Below are positions 30,058-41,100 of a stretch of DNA of 64,000 nt, piece by piece. The notes beneath the pieces were generated by a model. The model saw nothing but the letters and a program-made list of their open reading frames with translations, was not told the origin of the DNA and did not search any database. The stretch comes from an uncultured Frankiaceae bacterium. Its GTDB lineage: Bacteria; Actinomycetota; Actinomycetes; BP-191. The DNA lies in contig CAZYXZ010000003.1 of the NCBI GenBank assembly GCA_964651395.1, positions 52,227 through 116,226 on the forward strand. Reading direction: 5' to 3'. Position 1 is the first letter of the stretch. Every line of letters starts with the position of its first letter. A program made the translations under genes and the position numbers.

Positions 30058-31088
30058 GCGGACAGACGCTTCCGCGAAAGGGATGCCGACTCGAGCTCGG
30101 CGAACCCAACGCGCTCTGTCTGCCCGACTGCTCGATAGGCGGTGCGCGCCACCAGGTCAAGCGCGGCACCGATTTTGCCGAGGCTCTGGTTGAACAGGAG
30201 CGTGAGGGCGGGGCTCTCTAGGAGGTCACTGCCGGCCTGGTTGCTCAGCCGCAGCATCACTGCCTGGCTGTGGATCGCGTCGCGGAGCATCAGTCGCGCG
30301 TCGACGTCGTCAGCGTCGACGGCCGGGAACTCAAAGGTTTCCTTGCGCTCGTGCAGTTGGGCCAGCAGGTCGCGGAGCTCACCTTCCGGCACCAGCATCG
30401 GGTTGCACAGCGGCGACTGGTCGAAGTCAAGTGCGGTGAAGAGAACGATCGCGGGCACGAGGTCGACGACGCGCTTGAGGAAGTTCACCATGTCGGCGAA
30501 CTTCGACGACGCGAAGTTCACCATCCCGGCCCTGCGCGCCGACGCGTTGTGAACGTCGTCAATGATTACCAGGCGAACACCGTAGGTGTGGCATTCCTCG
30601 GCGAACTGGTCAAGCATCTCGTTCGCCGTCATCCCCAATCTCCTCGGCGGGATCCCGAGGCTGGCCAGCAGGACGCGCGCGAGGTCCTTGATTTCACTAG
30701 TGGGCGCCTTCACGCATACCACCGGGATGATCTTGTGGCGGCGATCGCCGTCCAAGTAGTCCCGTCCAGTGCGCCAGTCCCGTTCGCACAGTTCCAACCC
30801 GAGGCGAATCGCGAAGGCAGTCTTGCCCGATCGTGCCGGTCCGCCGACACAGAACAACTTGGAGTCCGTTCGAGGTTCCTGGAGGACTTGCCAGGCGTAG
30901 TCGAAGGCGGCGGTCCAACGCGGATACTTCACGTGCCCGAGCCCAATGTTGTAGCGCCGGCGGTTGTCGTCGTCGAGGTCCATTGGCGCGTCACGGTGCC
31001 GAACGTGCCAGTCGTAGTAGCGCTCCAGCATCGGGAGACGGGTCGGCAGTTCCGCGGGGCGCTCGGGGACCCACAACGTCGCTTTCAC
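30054..31088 (-). CDS. tnsC: TnsC/TniB-family AAA+ ATPase (transposition regulator)
   Basis: Walker A FCVGGPARSGKT and Walker B LVIIDDVHN. It sits between the Mu-type transposase and tniQ. Confidence 0.85.
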   Translation of the reverse strand: MKATLWVPERPAELPTRLPMLERYYDWHVRHRDAPMDLDDDNRRRYNIGLGHVKYPRWTAAFDYAWQVLQEPRTDSKLFCVGGPARSGKTAFAIRLGLELCERDWRTGRDYLDGDRRHKIIPVVCVKAPTSEIKDLARVLLASLGIPPRRLGMTANEMLDQFAEECHTYGVRLVIIDDVHNASARRAGMVNFASSKFADMVNFLKRVVDLVPAIVLFTALDFDQSPLCNPMLVPEGELRDLLAQLHERKETFEFPAVDADDVDARLMLRDAIHSQAVMLRLSNQAGSDLLESPALTLLFNQSLGKIGAALDLVARTAYRAVGQTERVGFAELESASLSRKRLSA

Positions 31089-33091
31089 GGCTCTCCGACG
31101 GGCGGCAGGTCCCAGGGGTCAAGTGCGGTCGGTGGCGCCGCGCCTACCCCCACGGGCTCCATGGTCGGCGTGTGCCGGCGGGTGTTGCTCAGCGCAATGT
31201 CTCGGAGCGCATCGCTGACGAGTGCTACCGCCCCGCGGTACCACTCCTTCGGCAACCGGCTGGCGTCCAGCAGCGCATCACGAACCAGTTGAGCTCTGAC
31301 GTCGTTCAGCGGCGCCAGCGGCATGCCGTTGTTGCGGTTGGGCACCATGAGCTTGCGACCGTCCATGTCGGTCACCCAGATGCACTCCAAACGCGTGGGG
31401 TCGAAGCGCACCGACAGCGGCCTGGGCTTGAAGTGGTCGTCGCCTTGCGAGTGCCGCTTCAGGTCTTGGATCTCGTCGCAGTCGAAGTCCTCGCCGAGGA
31501 CACGGATGCCCTCATCGTTCGCCACACGCTTGCTGGCAGTAAGCAGGTTGAGCGCGGCAAGTGGGTCTTCGTCAATGGGGATCTCGCCGGCCGTCTCGAG
31601 CTCGATCCAGAACTTCTCTCGCGGTGTCATCTTGAGCGTCTTGTGCCAGGTGTTGTGGTAGATCTCCTCGATGTAGAACATGAATGCCGCCTCGAGGGTG
31701 TGGATGTCGACAGGCGCGAGTTGCTTGCCGCGTCCGCGGTGTTCGGCACGGCGCCCCTTGGACCCAGGCCACGACTGGATGACGCTGCTGAGTCGGCGGA
31801 ATAGCGCTTCGACGATGGCCTTGGCCCACCCGGTGCCGGGTGGAGCGATGTCGATGCTGGAGCCGGCTCGCAAGAGCTGCGCAAGGGCGCGTAGGCCGAC
31901 CATCTGCAGGCCGTTGTCCGTGCCAGTTCGCGAGATTGCGCGCTCGCGTTCCCCAACCTGTTCCAGCACTTCCTCCGTCACCAAGACTAAGGGCGGGACG
32001 CACGGCGCTGTCGCCTCCTCGGTCGGCCACAGGGAGCCCCCTCGTCGCATGTTGAACACGAGCAGGCATACGTCTTCGGCGGAGTACGCCTTCGGTACGA
32101 CGCGCAACGCGAGGACGACCCGTGTGCAGACGTCGATGGCGAGCAGCAGGGCCGCATTGATCAGCTTGCCGTACTGGTCCAGGACGAAGGCGTTGATGTC
32201 CCAGGCGTCAATCTGTACCTGCTCGAAGGGGGCCGCTGCATGGAATCGGTCCTGTGGGCCCCGCTTGCGATCCGCCTTGGACTGCCGGCTCGCGGCAGCC
32301 GCGTTGACACGCTTGCCGCGCAGCATCTCGCGCGTGACAAGGTCGAGCAGGCGACGGGAGTAGTGGACCGGGTCCAGGTCGGTTTCTTCGCGCAGGTAGC
32401 GTCGGAAGTTCTCGTAGTGGACCGCGATGTCCTGGGTGTTCGCCGACGCGACACCCTCGGCCCATGCCCGTCCGGCAGCAACGAGCCGTGGGTCCTTGCC
32501 ATGGAGGGGACCGAAGACGCGCTTCAGCTGCGTCTTGGTGAGAACGGCAGTGATGCTGCCGCCGCTTTTCTTTAGGGCGGCAATGCGCTCGTAGAGCGCC
32601 TTCGGGCGCACGTCGGTGTGGCCCTTTCGGCGCAACTGAACACTGAGTGCCTCGTAGGCCTCCTTGCGGCGCCTCTTCCCCTTCTCGGGCTGCCTCGCGC
32701 CAGGGTCGACGTCGTCCGGGTGCAATGGCTGTTCCGCGGCGATGTCGCCGTGCGGATCGCCGGTGATGAATTTGGTGAGTTCCTCGCGGAGGCCCTTTGC
32801 CATCTTCTGTTCGTGGTCCGTCAACCTGTCGAGGATCTCGTCTTCGAAGATGCGGGGACGGTTCTCCTCAGCATCTGATGGCCCCAGCGGTCCTAGTGCC
32901 TCCTCCGCAAAGTCGGCCAGGCTGAGGATGAATTCGTCACCGTGTGGATCGGTGCATACCGCGCCGACCGAGAAGGCTGTTAGCAGTTCTTTGGGCTGGC
33001 GCTCGAATCGCTTGAACGTCCAAATGCCCCCGACGCCGTGCCAAGTGTGCTCGCGCATGACCATGTAGTGGGGCAGTCGGCGGGTGCTCAC
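31085..33091 (-). CDS. tnsB: TnsB/TniA-type Mu-like DDE transposase (rve integrase core)
   Basis: DDE triad context: QVQIDAWDINAFVLD, TDNGLQM and YHNTWHKTLKMTPREKF. Size is 668 aa. Confidence 0.85.
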   Translation of the reverse strand: MSTRRLPHYMVMREHTWHGVGGIWTFKRFERQPKELLTAFSVGAVCTDPHGDEFILSLADFAEEALGPLGPSDAEENRPRIFEDEILDRLTDHEQKMAKGLREELTKFITGDPHGDIAAEQPLHPDDVDPGARQPEKGKRRRKEAYEALSVQLRRKGHTDVRPKALYERIAALKKSGGSITAVLTKTQLKRVFGPLHGKDPRLVAAGRAWAEGVASANTQDIAVHYENFRRYLREETDLDPVHYSRRLLDLVTREMLRGKRVNAAAASRQSKADRKRGPQDRFHAAAPFEQVQIDAWDINAFVLDQYGKLINAALLLAIDVCTRVVLALRVVPKAYSAEDVCLLVFNMRRGGSLWPTEEATAPCVPPLVLVTEEVLEQVGERERAISRTGTDNGLQMVGLRALAQLLRAGSSIDIAPPGTGWAKAIVEALFRRLSSVIQSWPGSKGRRAEHRGRGKQLAPVDIHTLEAAFMFYIEEIYHNTWHKTLKMTPREKFWIELETAGEIPIDEDPLAALNLLTASKRVANDEGIRVLGEDFDCDEIQDLKRHSQGDDHFKPRPLSVRFDPTRLECIWVTDMDGRKLMVPNRNNGMPLAPLNDVRAQLVRDALLDASRLPKEWYRGAVALVSDALRDIALSNTRRHTPTMEPVGVGAAPPTALDPWDLPPVGEP

Positions 33092-34149
33092 GACGTTCGC
33101 CCGAACACAGCCCTACCTACGCCGGCGTTCAACCGCGCCCGCAGCCCCTGACCCTCTGAGACGCGGCGAGTCATGTCCACCAGATCCGCGATTTCTGGTC
33201 GCGTCATGATGTCCGGCCGTTGCTCGAAGGCAGGCTCCCTCGTGATCCAGGTGGGGCCGATGATCGGCGGGCCGAGCGGAAGGTGCAGACGGCCGTTCTG
33301 AATCAGGTGCTCGGTCGCGTGGAGCGGAGCGACAGGCCCTCTGAAGGTGGTGCGGATTCGCTGCATCGAGCACCCGTTCGCCGGCAGCCACTCCTCGATC
33401 CGTTCGGCGAGGGCGACATAGCGCCTGGGGGGATCCGCCCACTGGTCGAGGGCTCGCAGGTTGAAAGCACGCTGTGCCGTCATGGGGTGGCGGACCTCGT
33501 ACGTCCAGCCCACGGACTCTGCGAAGCGTGCCGTCAGCTCCCACTGCAGCAGCACGTCGAGCGGCGGCCGCTCGTAACTGGTGACGTCGAGCAGAACCCT
33601 CTCGCCGGCGTCGGTGAACACCAGCAGATCCGGGTCGTGCCGCAGGTCCAGGCTGCCGTGCCGCCAAGACAGCCGGACCATCTGGGTCACGAGTGCTCGG
33701 TCGGGCCTGCCGCGGAGCGCATCCCACATGTGCTCGAGCTCGTTCTGGCTCGCGCCGGCGACATGGAACGGCACCCGCCGCTTGATCAACTGGAACCTGA
33801 TCTGATTCGTGCGGCCCTTGTAGTTCGCGGCTCGGCGGACCTCAGCCAACCGAAGTGGATCGATGGCCGCGAACTCCGAGGGAGTGAGCCGCGTCTGCTT
33901 GCCTTCGTGCTGGTCCGTGGCGTCGAGCAGTGCCAGACAGGAGCAGCTTTCGGCCAGCGAGTCCAGCGTCGCGTCATCGACCAGAGCGTCGAAAACGGCC
34001 CGCACACGCTCATCCCGCCCGATCTGCAGGCGGGGGATGTCGTCGACGACGTAGACGCTGCGGGTGCGGCGTCGCTGCGGCCGCGGCTGCCTGCGCGTGG
34101 TCGCTGACTCCGTCACGCGGGAGAGCAGGACGCGCACAGGCACCGACAT
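33088..34149 (-). CDS. tnsA: TnsA-like endonuclease subunit (putative)
   Basis: First gene of the ATGA-coupled operon. It has restriction-endonuclease-like motifs (NELEHMW ... DPDLLVFTDAGERVLLDVT) resembling the TnsA E...D...K region, but the canonical Lys position is not evident. Confidence 0.5.
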   Translation of the reverse strand: MSVPVRVLLSRVTESATTRRQPRPQRRRTRSVYVVDDIPRLQIGRDERVRAVFDALVDDATLDSLAESCSCLALLDATDQHEGKQTRLTPSEFAAIDPLRLAEVRRAANYKGRTNQIRFQLIKRRVPFHVAGASQNELEHMWDALRGRPDRALVTQMVRLSWRHGSLDLRHDPDLLVFTDAGERVLLDVTSYERPPLDVLLQWELTARFAESVGWTYEVRHPMTAQRAFNLRALDQWADPPRRYVALAERIEEWLPANGCSMQRIRTTFRGPVAPLHATEHLIQNGRLHLPLGPPIIGPTWITREPAFEQRPDIMTRPEIADLVDMTRRVSEGQGLRARLNAGVGRAVFGRTS

Positions 34150-34823
34150 GGCGCGTCGGGCGGCTCGCTTCCTATGGGTTCGAGCGTCCAGGCGTCCAGG
34201 ACAACTGCCGCGGGGACCCTGCAGGGCTCGACGTCGGGCGCTCCTGGACGATCACTGCGCTGGTGGCCCGGCGTTGCTCTCTCGGCGCAGTCTGTGGACA
34301 AGGATGCGGGCGATGGCAGACTTCGCATAGCGGTACTCCCAGGACTCGGCTTGCTGGCTGACGTTTGAGGGGCGACCGCGAGTAGGGCCCGCGACGGCGG
34401 CAACTGTCGCGGGCCTTACGCATTGCTCTCGGCACATGTGGGCCGTCCTCGAACGAACTCGGCGCGCTGGCTGACTCAAGGCTTCAGCAACACGCCCCGT
34501 GGCGACGGCAACCGCCCACGGTGACGTTGACAGCCCACAGAACTCGGCCATCACGCTGCCACCAGACCTCTTGGCGCGGGAGCGTATTGCCGTCCGCCTC
34601 ATTACGCCAGTCCAACGTGGCCGATTTTTGCAACGCCAGGTGCGTCTCACGTCTCCGGAATTGTGCCTACAGTCCGGGAAGTGCTGCTGGGTGACAGCAC
34701 ATCTGTGCCGAATTTCGCGCGCATTTAGCGGTGCGCATGGACTGATATCGCTTTCTTGCCAAGGGATCTGACACGTAGCCTGGCAACTGCTTCCGGTGAC
34801 CTGTCAACGCTAGACTCGCCGCC

Positions 34824-35150
34824 ATGGGGCGCCAACGACCGCACGCAGCCGTCCCGCCGTGGGCGACCAGGGTGATCGGCGGAACCACGTTCTTGGCTCG
34901 ACCATGCGCCAATCCGGGTTGCCGGCGACCAGTCTTTTGGGACGGCGGACGGGGTCGGCCGAGCGAGTACTGCTCCCCTCAGGGCAACCCGATCGGCAAC
35001 TGTCGACTGGAACGACTGCGCCGGCGACGCGAGGTAACCGCCCGCATCGCCCACGTTCGACGGCAACTGAGCGAGGCTCGAAGTGGGACTGACCGCGACG
35101 AACTCGAGTCCGGTCTGCGCCAGCTGGAGTGGTTGCGCGGTGCGCTGTAG
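34824..35150 (+). CDS. Small Cys-containing (Zn-ribbon-like) hypothetical protein
   Basis: 108 aa, CANPGC...YCS...NC followed by a basic coiled region. It lies between tnsA and hsdM. An overlapping minus ORF 34725..35357 is equally possible, and both are uncertain. Confidence 0.25.
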   Translation: MGRQRPHAAVPPWATRVIGGTTFLARPCANPGCRRPVFWDGGRGRPSEYCSPQGNPIGNCRLERLRRRREVTARIAHVRRQLSEARSGTDRDELESGLRQLEWLRGAL

Positions 35151-35322
35151 CCGCAGAAGGCGGCCGCGCAGTCGTGAGAGCCGGTTCGGTAAGTCCAGGT
35201 GCGGAGGCGACTGCTGAGACCAGGCTCGCGCGGGCTGTCCGAGCGGCACCAGTACGGGCCACTCGTCCTTTCCGCAGAGCGGGCAGACTCCACTAGTACC
35301 CGCGACGACCAGGGGCCGCTCG

Positions 35323-36885
35323 ATGACCAAGCACAAGACCCGCGAAACGGTGGACATCTACAACATCGCCGATCGCCTATGGGCGACCGCCGACGAGCTA
35401 CGCGCCAACTCCCACCTGAAGGCCGCCGAGTACTCCGTGCCGGTTCTCGGCCTGATCTTTCTCAAGTTCGCCGACAGCAGGTTCGCCCAGGCCGAAGCCG
35501 AGTTGGCAGGGAGCAGCACCGGTCGTCGCGAGATCGGCAAGGCCAACTACCAAGCCAAGAGCGTCCTCTACCTGCCTGATGGGGCCCGGTTCGCCAACCT
35601 GCTCAACCTCAAAGAGGGCGACAACCTCGGCAAGGCGATCAACGACGCCATGTCGGCCATCGAGGCGGAGAACCCGTCGCTGAAAGGCGTCTTGCCACGG
35701 ACCTACCAAGCGCTGACCAACGACACATTGGTAAGCCTGCTTCGCTCCGTGAACTCCATCCTCGGCGACATCGAAGGCGACGCCTTCGGCAAGGTCTACG
35801 AGTACTTCCTCGGCAAGTTCGCAGTGGTCGAAGGTTCAAAGGGAGGCGAGTACTTCACGCCTACCCCGATCGTTCGCCTGATCGTCGAGATCATCGAACC
35901 GTTCAACGGCAAGATCCTCGACCCAGCATGTGGGTCAGGCGGCATGTTCGTTCAGAGCGCCCGCTTCGTGGAGGAACACCGCAACGGCAAGTCCGGTCGG
36001 CTCTCGATCTACGGCCAGGAGCGAGTGAACGAGACCATCCGGCTGTGCAAGATGAACCTCGCCGTGCATGGGCTTGAAGGCCAAGTGCGCCAGGCCAACA
36101 CTTACTACGACGATCCCTTCAAGTCTGTTGGTCAGTTCGACTACGTGATGGCTAACCCGCCCTTCAACGTCAACAAGATCGACAAGACCAAGCTTGAGGG
36201 CGACAAGCGATTCCGGCTCGGAGTGCCGAAGGCCGACAACGGCAACTACATCTGGATCCAGACCTTCTACTCGGCGCTGAACGAGAAGGGCCGCGCTGGG
36301 TTCGTCATGGCCAATTCAGCCGCTGATGCAGGCGGGAGCGAGTTGGCAATTCGCCAAAGGATGCTGGCGGAGAAGGCAGTGGATGTCGTTGTCTCGGTTG
36401 GACCGAACTTCTTCTACAGCGTGACGTTGCCGGTCACGCTGTGGTTCCTGGACCGGGGCAAGGCCACCGACGAGCGCGCGGAGAAAGTGCTGTTCATTGA
36501 CGCGCGCAGAGTCTTCCGCCAGATCGATCGTGCGCATCGCGACTGGACCCCCGACCAGATTGAGTTCTTGGCAAACATCGCCCGCATGTACCGAGGCGAG
36601 GAGCCAGAGTTGGTCCACGGATCAGCCTTGCTGTCTTCAGCGTTTCCGGACGGGAAGTACACCGACGTTCCGGGGCTTTGCGCAGTTGCGACCATTGAGC
36701 AGATCCAAGAGCAGGGTTGGAGCCTCAATCCCGGCCGCTATGTAGGCGTCGCAGAGGCGAAGCACGACGGAGTCGACTTCAAGACACGCTTGGCTGAGCT
36801 GACCAAAGAGTTGGACGAGCTGACCACCGAAGCTGCACAGCTCCAGTCAAGGATCGCAGCCAACGCCGCAGAGCTGCTGCGTTGA
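35323..36885 (+). CDS. hsdM: Type I restriction-modification system DNA methyltransferase subunit
   Basis: HsdM N-terminal domain ([34 protein letters not shown]), AdoMet motif [10 protein letters not shown] and catalytic NPPFN. Confidence 0.9.
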   Translation: MTKHKTRETVDIYNIADRLWATADELRANSHLKAAEYSVPVLGLIFLKFADSRFAQAEAELAGSSTGRREIGKANYQAKSVLYLPDGARFANLLNLKEGDNLGKAINDAMSAIEAENPSLKGVLPRTYQALTNDTLVSLLRSVNSILGDIEGDAFGKVYEYFLGKFAVVEGSKGGEYFTPTPIVRLIVEIIEPFNGKILDPACGSGGMFVQSARFVEEHRNGKSGRLSIYGQERVNETIRLCKMNLAVHGLEGQVRQANTYYDDPFKSVGQFDYVMANPPFNVNKIDKTKLEGDKRFRLGVPKADNGNYIWIQTFYSALNEKGRAGFVMANSAADAGGSELAIRQRMLAEKAVDVVVSVGPNFFYSVTLPVTLWFLDRGKATDERAEKVLFIDARRVFRQIDRAHRDWTPDQIEFLANIARMYRGEEPELVHGSALLSSAFPDGKYTDVPGLCAVATIEQIQEQGWSLNPGRYVGVAEAKHDGVDFKTRLAELTKELDELTTEAAQLQSRIAANAAELLR

Positions 36886-38117
36886 ACACGTCGTGGCCGG
36901 CGGTCCGACTCGCCAACGTGTGCGATCGGATCACGGTGGGTTGGGTTGGCCCGATGGTCGACCAGTATGTGGACGCCGGAGTTCCCTTCCTGCGGTCGCA
37001 AAACATCACGCCGTTCCGCATTGCCACAGAGAACATCAAGTTCATCACGCCGGAATTCCACGAGCGCATCCGCAAGTCAGCGCTTCGCCCCGGAGACGTC
37101 GCAGTTGTCCGCACGGGTTACCCCGGCACAGCCGCGGTAGTGCCTGCGTCACTAGGCGAGGCCAACTGCGCCGACCTCGTCGTGATCACCCCTGGCCCGC
37201 AGCTCGACTCGCGGTTCCTCGCAGCAATCTTCAACTCGTCCTGGGGGGTTGCCTCTGTCGGAGGCAATCTCGTTGGCTCTGCTCAGCAGCACTTCAATGT
37301 CGGGGCAGCCAAACACATGGAAGTGCGACTTCCCCCGATAACGATCCAGCAGAAGATCGCTGGTGTCCTCACGGCCTACGACGCCCTCATCGACAACAAC
37401 ATGCGTCGGATCAAGCTCTTCGAGGAGTTGGCGCAGCGCATCTACCGTGAATGGTTCGTTGAGTTTCGCTATCCCGAGCACCGAACGGTTCCGCTCGTCG
37501 ACACGGAACTTGGCTGTGCGCCGCAAGGCTGGTCGGTAGAGCCATTGTTCGCAGTAGCTGACGTTGCCTTCGGGTTTGCATTCAAGTCCACGGGATTCAA
37601 CGAAGAGCACGGAACGCCGGTGGTGCGAATCCGTGACATCCCTAATGGAGAGAGCCGGACGCTAACCACGGAGGACCCCGGTGATCAATATCGCATCAGG
37701 GACGGCGACATCCTCATCGGCATGGACGGCGACTTCCACATGGGCCGATGGTCAGCTGGTGAGGCGTGGCTCAACCAGCGGGTCACACGCGTTCGGCCAG
37801 CGACTCCGGGCCTCTCGACGTACTCCCTCTACATGGCCCTCGAGGATCCCATCGCAAGGTGGAACGAAGCAATCGTGGGAACGACGGTTGCTCACTTGGG
37901 CAAGCGCCACCTCGAGAGAATCAGCATCCTGATCCCGCCTGCACCGTTGCGAGAGGCAACGTCACGCCTGCTTGATCCCATCCTTTCCATGGAGATCACT
38001 CTTCGGAAAGCCAACCGCCAACTCCGAGCCAGCCGCGATCTCTTGCTGCCGCGCCTGATCGCAGGTGACCTCGAATTGGCAAAGCTCACTATCGACGTCG
38101 ACACGGATGCCTCGTGA
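36882..38117 (+). CDS. hsdS: Type I restriction-modification system specificity subunit
   Basis: Two target-recognition domains separated by conserved coiled repeats. It overlaps hsdM by 4 nt. Confidence 0.85.
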   Translation: MNTSWPAVRLANVCDRITVGWVGPMVDQYVDAGVPFLRSQNITPFRIATENIKFITPEFHERIRKSALRPGDVAVVRTGYPGTAAVVPASLGEANCADLVVITPGPQLDSRFLAAIFNSSWGVASVGGNLVGSAQQHFNVGAAKHMEVRLPPITIQQKIAGVLTAYDALIDNNMRRIKLFEELAQRIYREWFVEFRYPEHRTVPLVDTELGCAPQGWSVEPLFAVADVAFGFAFKSTGFNEEHGTPVVRIRDIPNGESRTLTTEDPGDQYRIRDGDILIGMDGDFHMGRWSAGEAWLNQRVTRVRPATPGLSTYSLYMALEDPIARWNEAIVGTTVAHLGKRHLERISILIPPAPLREATSRLLDPILSMEITLRKANRQLRASRDLLLPRLIAGDLELAKLTIDVDTDAS

Positions 38118-41100
38118 CTCCGTCAGGGCGGTACACCGAGGACCAACTCGTGGAGCAACCCGCCATCCAGCTGTTCGAGTCGCTGGGTTGGGAGGCGGTT
38201 AACGCGTACCACGAGACGCTTGGGCCGAACGGCACGTTAGGGAGGGACAACAAGTCTGAAGTCTTTCTGACGCGGCGCCTCCGCGCGGCGATAGAGCGAT
38301 TGAACCCAATGGCGCCGAGCGAGGCCGTGGAGCAGGCCGTCGCGGAACTCACCAAGGCTCGCACGGTCATGCACTACGCGAGGGCCAATGCAGAGATCCA
38401 TGGGTTGCTACGTGACCGTGTTGAGGTCTCCGTCCGACAGCCAGACGGGACCACCTTGCCCGAGCGGCTCATCGTCATCGACTGGGACAACCCCGAGAAC
38501 AACGACTTCCTGCTGGTCTCTCAGCTCTGGGTTCACTCGGACCTGTACCGCCGTCGAACGGATCTCGTCGGCTACGTCAACGGGATCCCGCTTGTTTTCA
38601 TCGAGTTAAAGGCGTCGCATCGCAGCCTCAAGCACGCATACGACGACAACCTTCGCGACTACCGCGACGCCATCCCAGAGCTATTCACTCCGAACGGGTT
38701 CATCGTCCTGTCCAACGGAGCAGACACGAAGGTCGGATCGATCACCGCCGGCTGGGAGTTCTTCTCCGAGTGGAAGAAGATCGACTCCGAAGGTGAACAG
38801 GGCTCGGTCTCGCTCGAGACCGTCATCCGGGGCATGTGCACCAAGGATCGCCTGCTCGACATCGTGGAGAACTTCATCGCCTACCAGGACCTGCCCGGTG
38901 GCTTCGTCAAGATCCTTGCCCGCAACCACCAGTACCTCGGCGTCAACAACGCCATGGCCCGCCTGGAGGAGCTCCGGCACGCAACGCCCGAGGAGCGCGG
39001 CAAACTCGGCGTCTTCTGGCACACCCAAGGCTCCGGCAAGACCATCTCGATGTTGTTCTTCTCGCAGAAGGTGCTACGCAAGCTCCCCGGCAACTGGTCG
39101 TTCGTCATCGTCACCGACCGCGACGACCTCGATGAGCAGGCCTATAAAGAGTTCTCCTACGCTGGGGCAATCGCCGAAAAGCACATGCGTGCAACGAGTT
39201 CCGAGCACCTTCGACAGCTGCTCGGCGAAGACCACCGCTACGTCTTCACGCTGATACACAAGTTCCGCACCGACAAGGGCGAGACACACCCGGTCATCTC
39301 AGACCGCGACGACGTCATCGTGATCACGGACGAAGCTCATCGCACTCAGTACGACACCCTGGCGCTCAACATGCGCAATGCGCTTCCGAATGCGAGCTTC
39401 CTCGGGTTCACCGGCACCCCGCTCATCGCGGGCGAGGAGCGGACGCGAGAGGTCTTCGGCGACTACGTCTCTGTCTACAACTTCGCCGCGTCCGCGGCTG
39501 ACAAGGCGACCGTCCCGTTGTACTTCGAGAACCGCATTCCCCAAGTCGCGATCGAGAACCCAAACTTCGCAGACGACCTCATGGCCATCGTCGAGGAGGC
39601 GGATCTCGATGACGACCAGGAGCGCAAGCTCGGCCGCCTCCTGGGCCAGCAATACGAGCTGATCACCCGGGATGACCGACTAGATGCCGTCGCTGGGGAC
39701 ATCGTCGACCACTTCCTCGGCCGGGGTTTCCCCGGCAAGGCTCTCGTCGTTTCCATCGACAAGATCACCGCGGTACGAACCTACGAGAAAGTGCAACGGT
39801 TCTGGGCAGAACGGTTGGAGCACAGCAAGCAGGCCATCGCGGGCGGAGGTCTCACGGAGGACGAACACGACCGGCTCGTCCGCGAGATCGTCTTCATGCG
39901 CAACACCGACATGGCTGTGGTCATCTCGCAGTCGCAGAACGAGATCTCGGATATGGCGGCGCGGGGGCTCGATATCAAGCCTCACCGCAAGCGCATGGTG
40001 GAAGAAAGCCTGGAAGACAGGTTCAAGGACGCGCAGGACCCGCTGCGAATAGCGTTCGTCTGCTCCATGTGGACCACGGGTTTTGACGTGCCATCTCTGT
40101 CCACCGTGTACCTGGACAAGCCGTTGCGCAACCACACGCTGATGCAGACGATCACACGCGCCAACCGGGTGTTCCCCGAGAAGAACAACGGACTGATCGT
40201 CGCCTACGTGGATGTGTTCAGCAACCTTCAGAAGGCTCTCGCCATCTACGCGATCGGGGGTAAGCCCGGCGATGTTCCCGTCGAGGAGAAGGGAGCCCTG
40301 GTCGACGCGCTGAGCGAGGCTGTCGGCGATCTCCGCGCATTCTGCGCCGCACGGGAGGTCGACCTCGACGCACTTGCCGGCCTAACAGGCTTCGAGTTGG
40401 TCGCGGAAGGCAAGCGAACCGTCGAACTGTTGATGGTCGACGACGACGAGAAGATCGCATTCCTCTCTCGCACCGCCCTCGTTGACCGGCTCTACAAGGC
40501 CATCCTGCCGGACACCCGCGCGAATCAGTTCAGCCGGCTTCGCGCAGTCTCCAAGTTCCTCGCCGACGGCATCGCTGCGTACACCGAGCGCCCGGACGTC
40601 GGCAGCGTCCTAGGGAGAATTCAGCAGCTCCTCGATGAGTCCGTCGCCGCTCAGGAGTACGTGATCCCACGGACCGACGCCGAGGCGTTGTTCGATCTCG
40701 GAGCTGTTGACTGGACGGGCCTTCAAGACGCCTTCAAGCAAGGCCGGCCCCGCACGGCGGCGCAACGGCTTCGCACCCTGCTCGCCGCCAGGATCACCGC
40801 TCTCGTTCGGCTCAACCCATCACGAGTAGACCTCGTCGAACGCTTCGAGAAGCTGGTCGCCAACTACAACGCCGGCAGCATCAACACCGAGACGTTCTTC
40901 CAAGAGCTACTGAGCTTCAGCGCATCGCTTTCCACCGAAGAGGCACGGGCGTTGTCCGAGAACCTCAACGAAGAGCAGCTCGCCATCTTCGACCTGCTCA
41001 TGCGCCCAGCACCCGACCTATCTGACGAGGAGCACGCGCAAGTGAAGCGCGTCGCCGAGGAACTGCTTGCAGTCCTGAAGCGCGACAAGATCGTGCTCGA

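Larger units (their letters stand above)
27194..34149 (-). mobile_element. Tn7-like transposition module: tnsA-like, tnsB, tnsC, tniQ, tniQ
   Basis: Five consecutive translationally coupled genes in the canonical Tn7 order, with cargo immediately downstream. The terminal inverted repeats and TnsB-site arrays are not identified, so the element extent is unknown. Confidence 0.75.

Noticed and set aside
34725-35357. 210-aa minus ORF between tnsA and hsdM
   Set aside because: It overlaps both the hsdM start and the alternative + ORF 34824..35150, and has an S/R/A-rich composition. Neither small ORF here is convincing, and only the + one is kept at low confidence.
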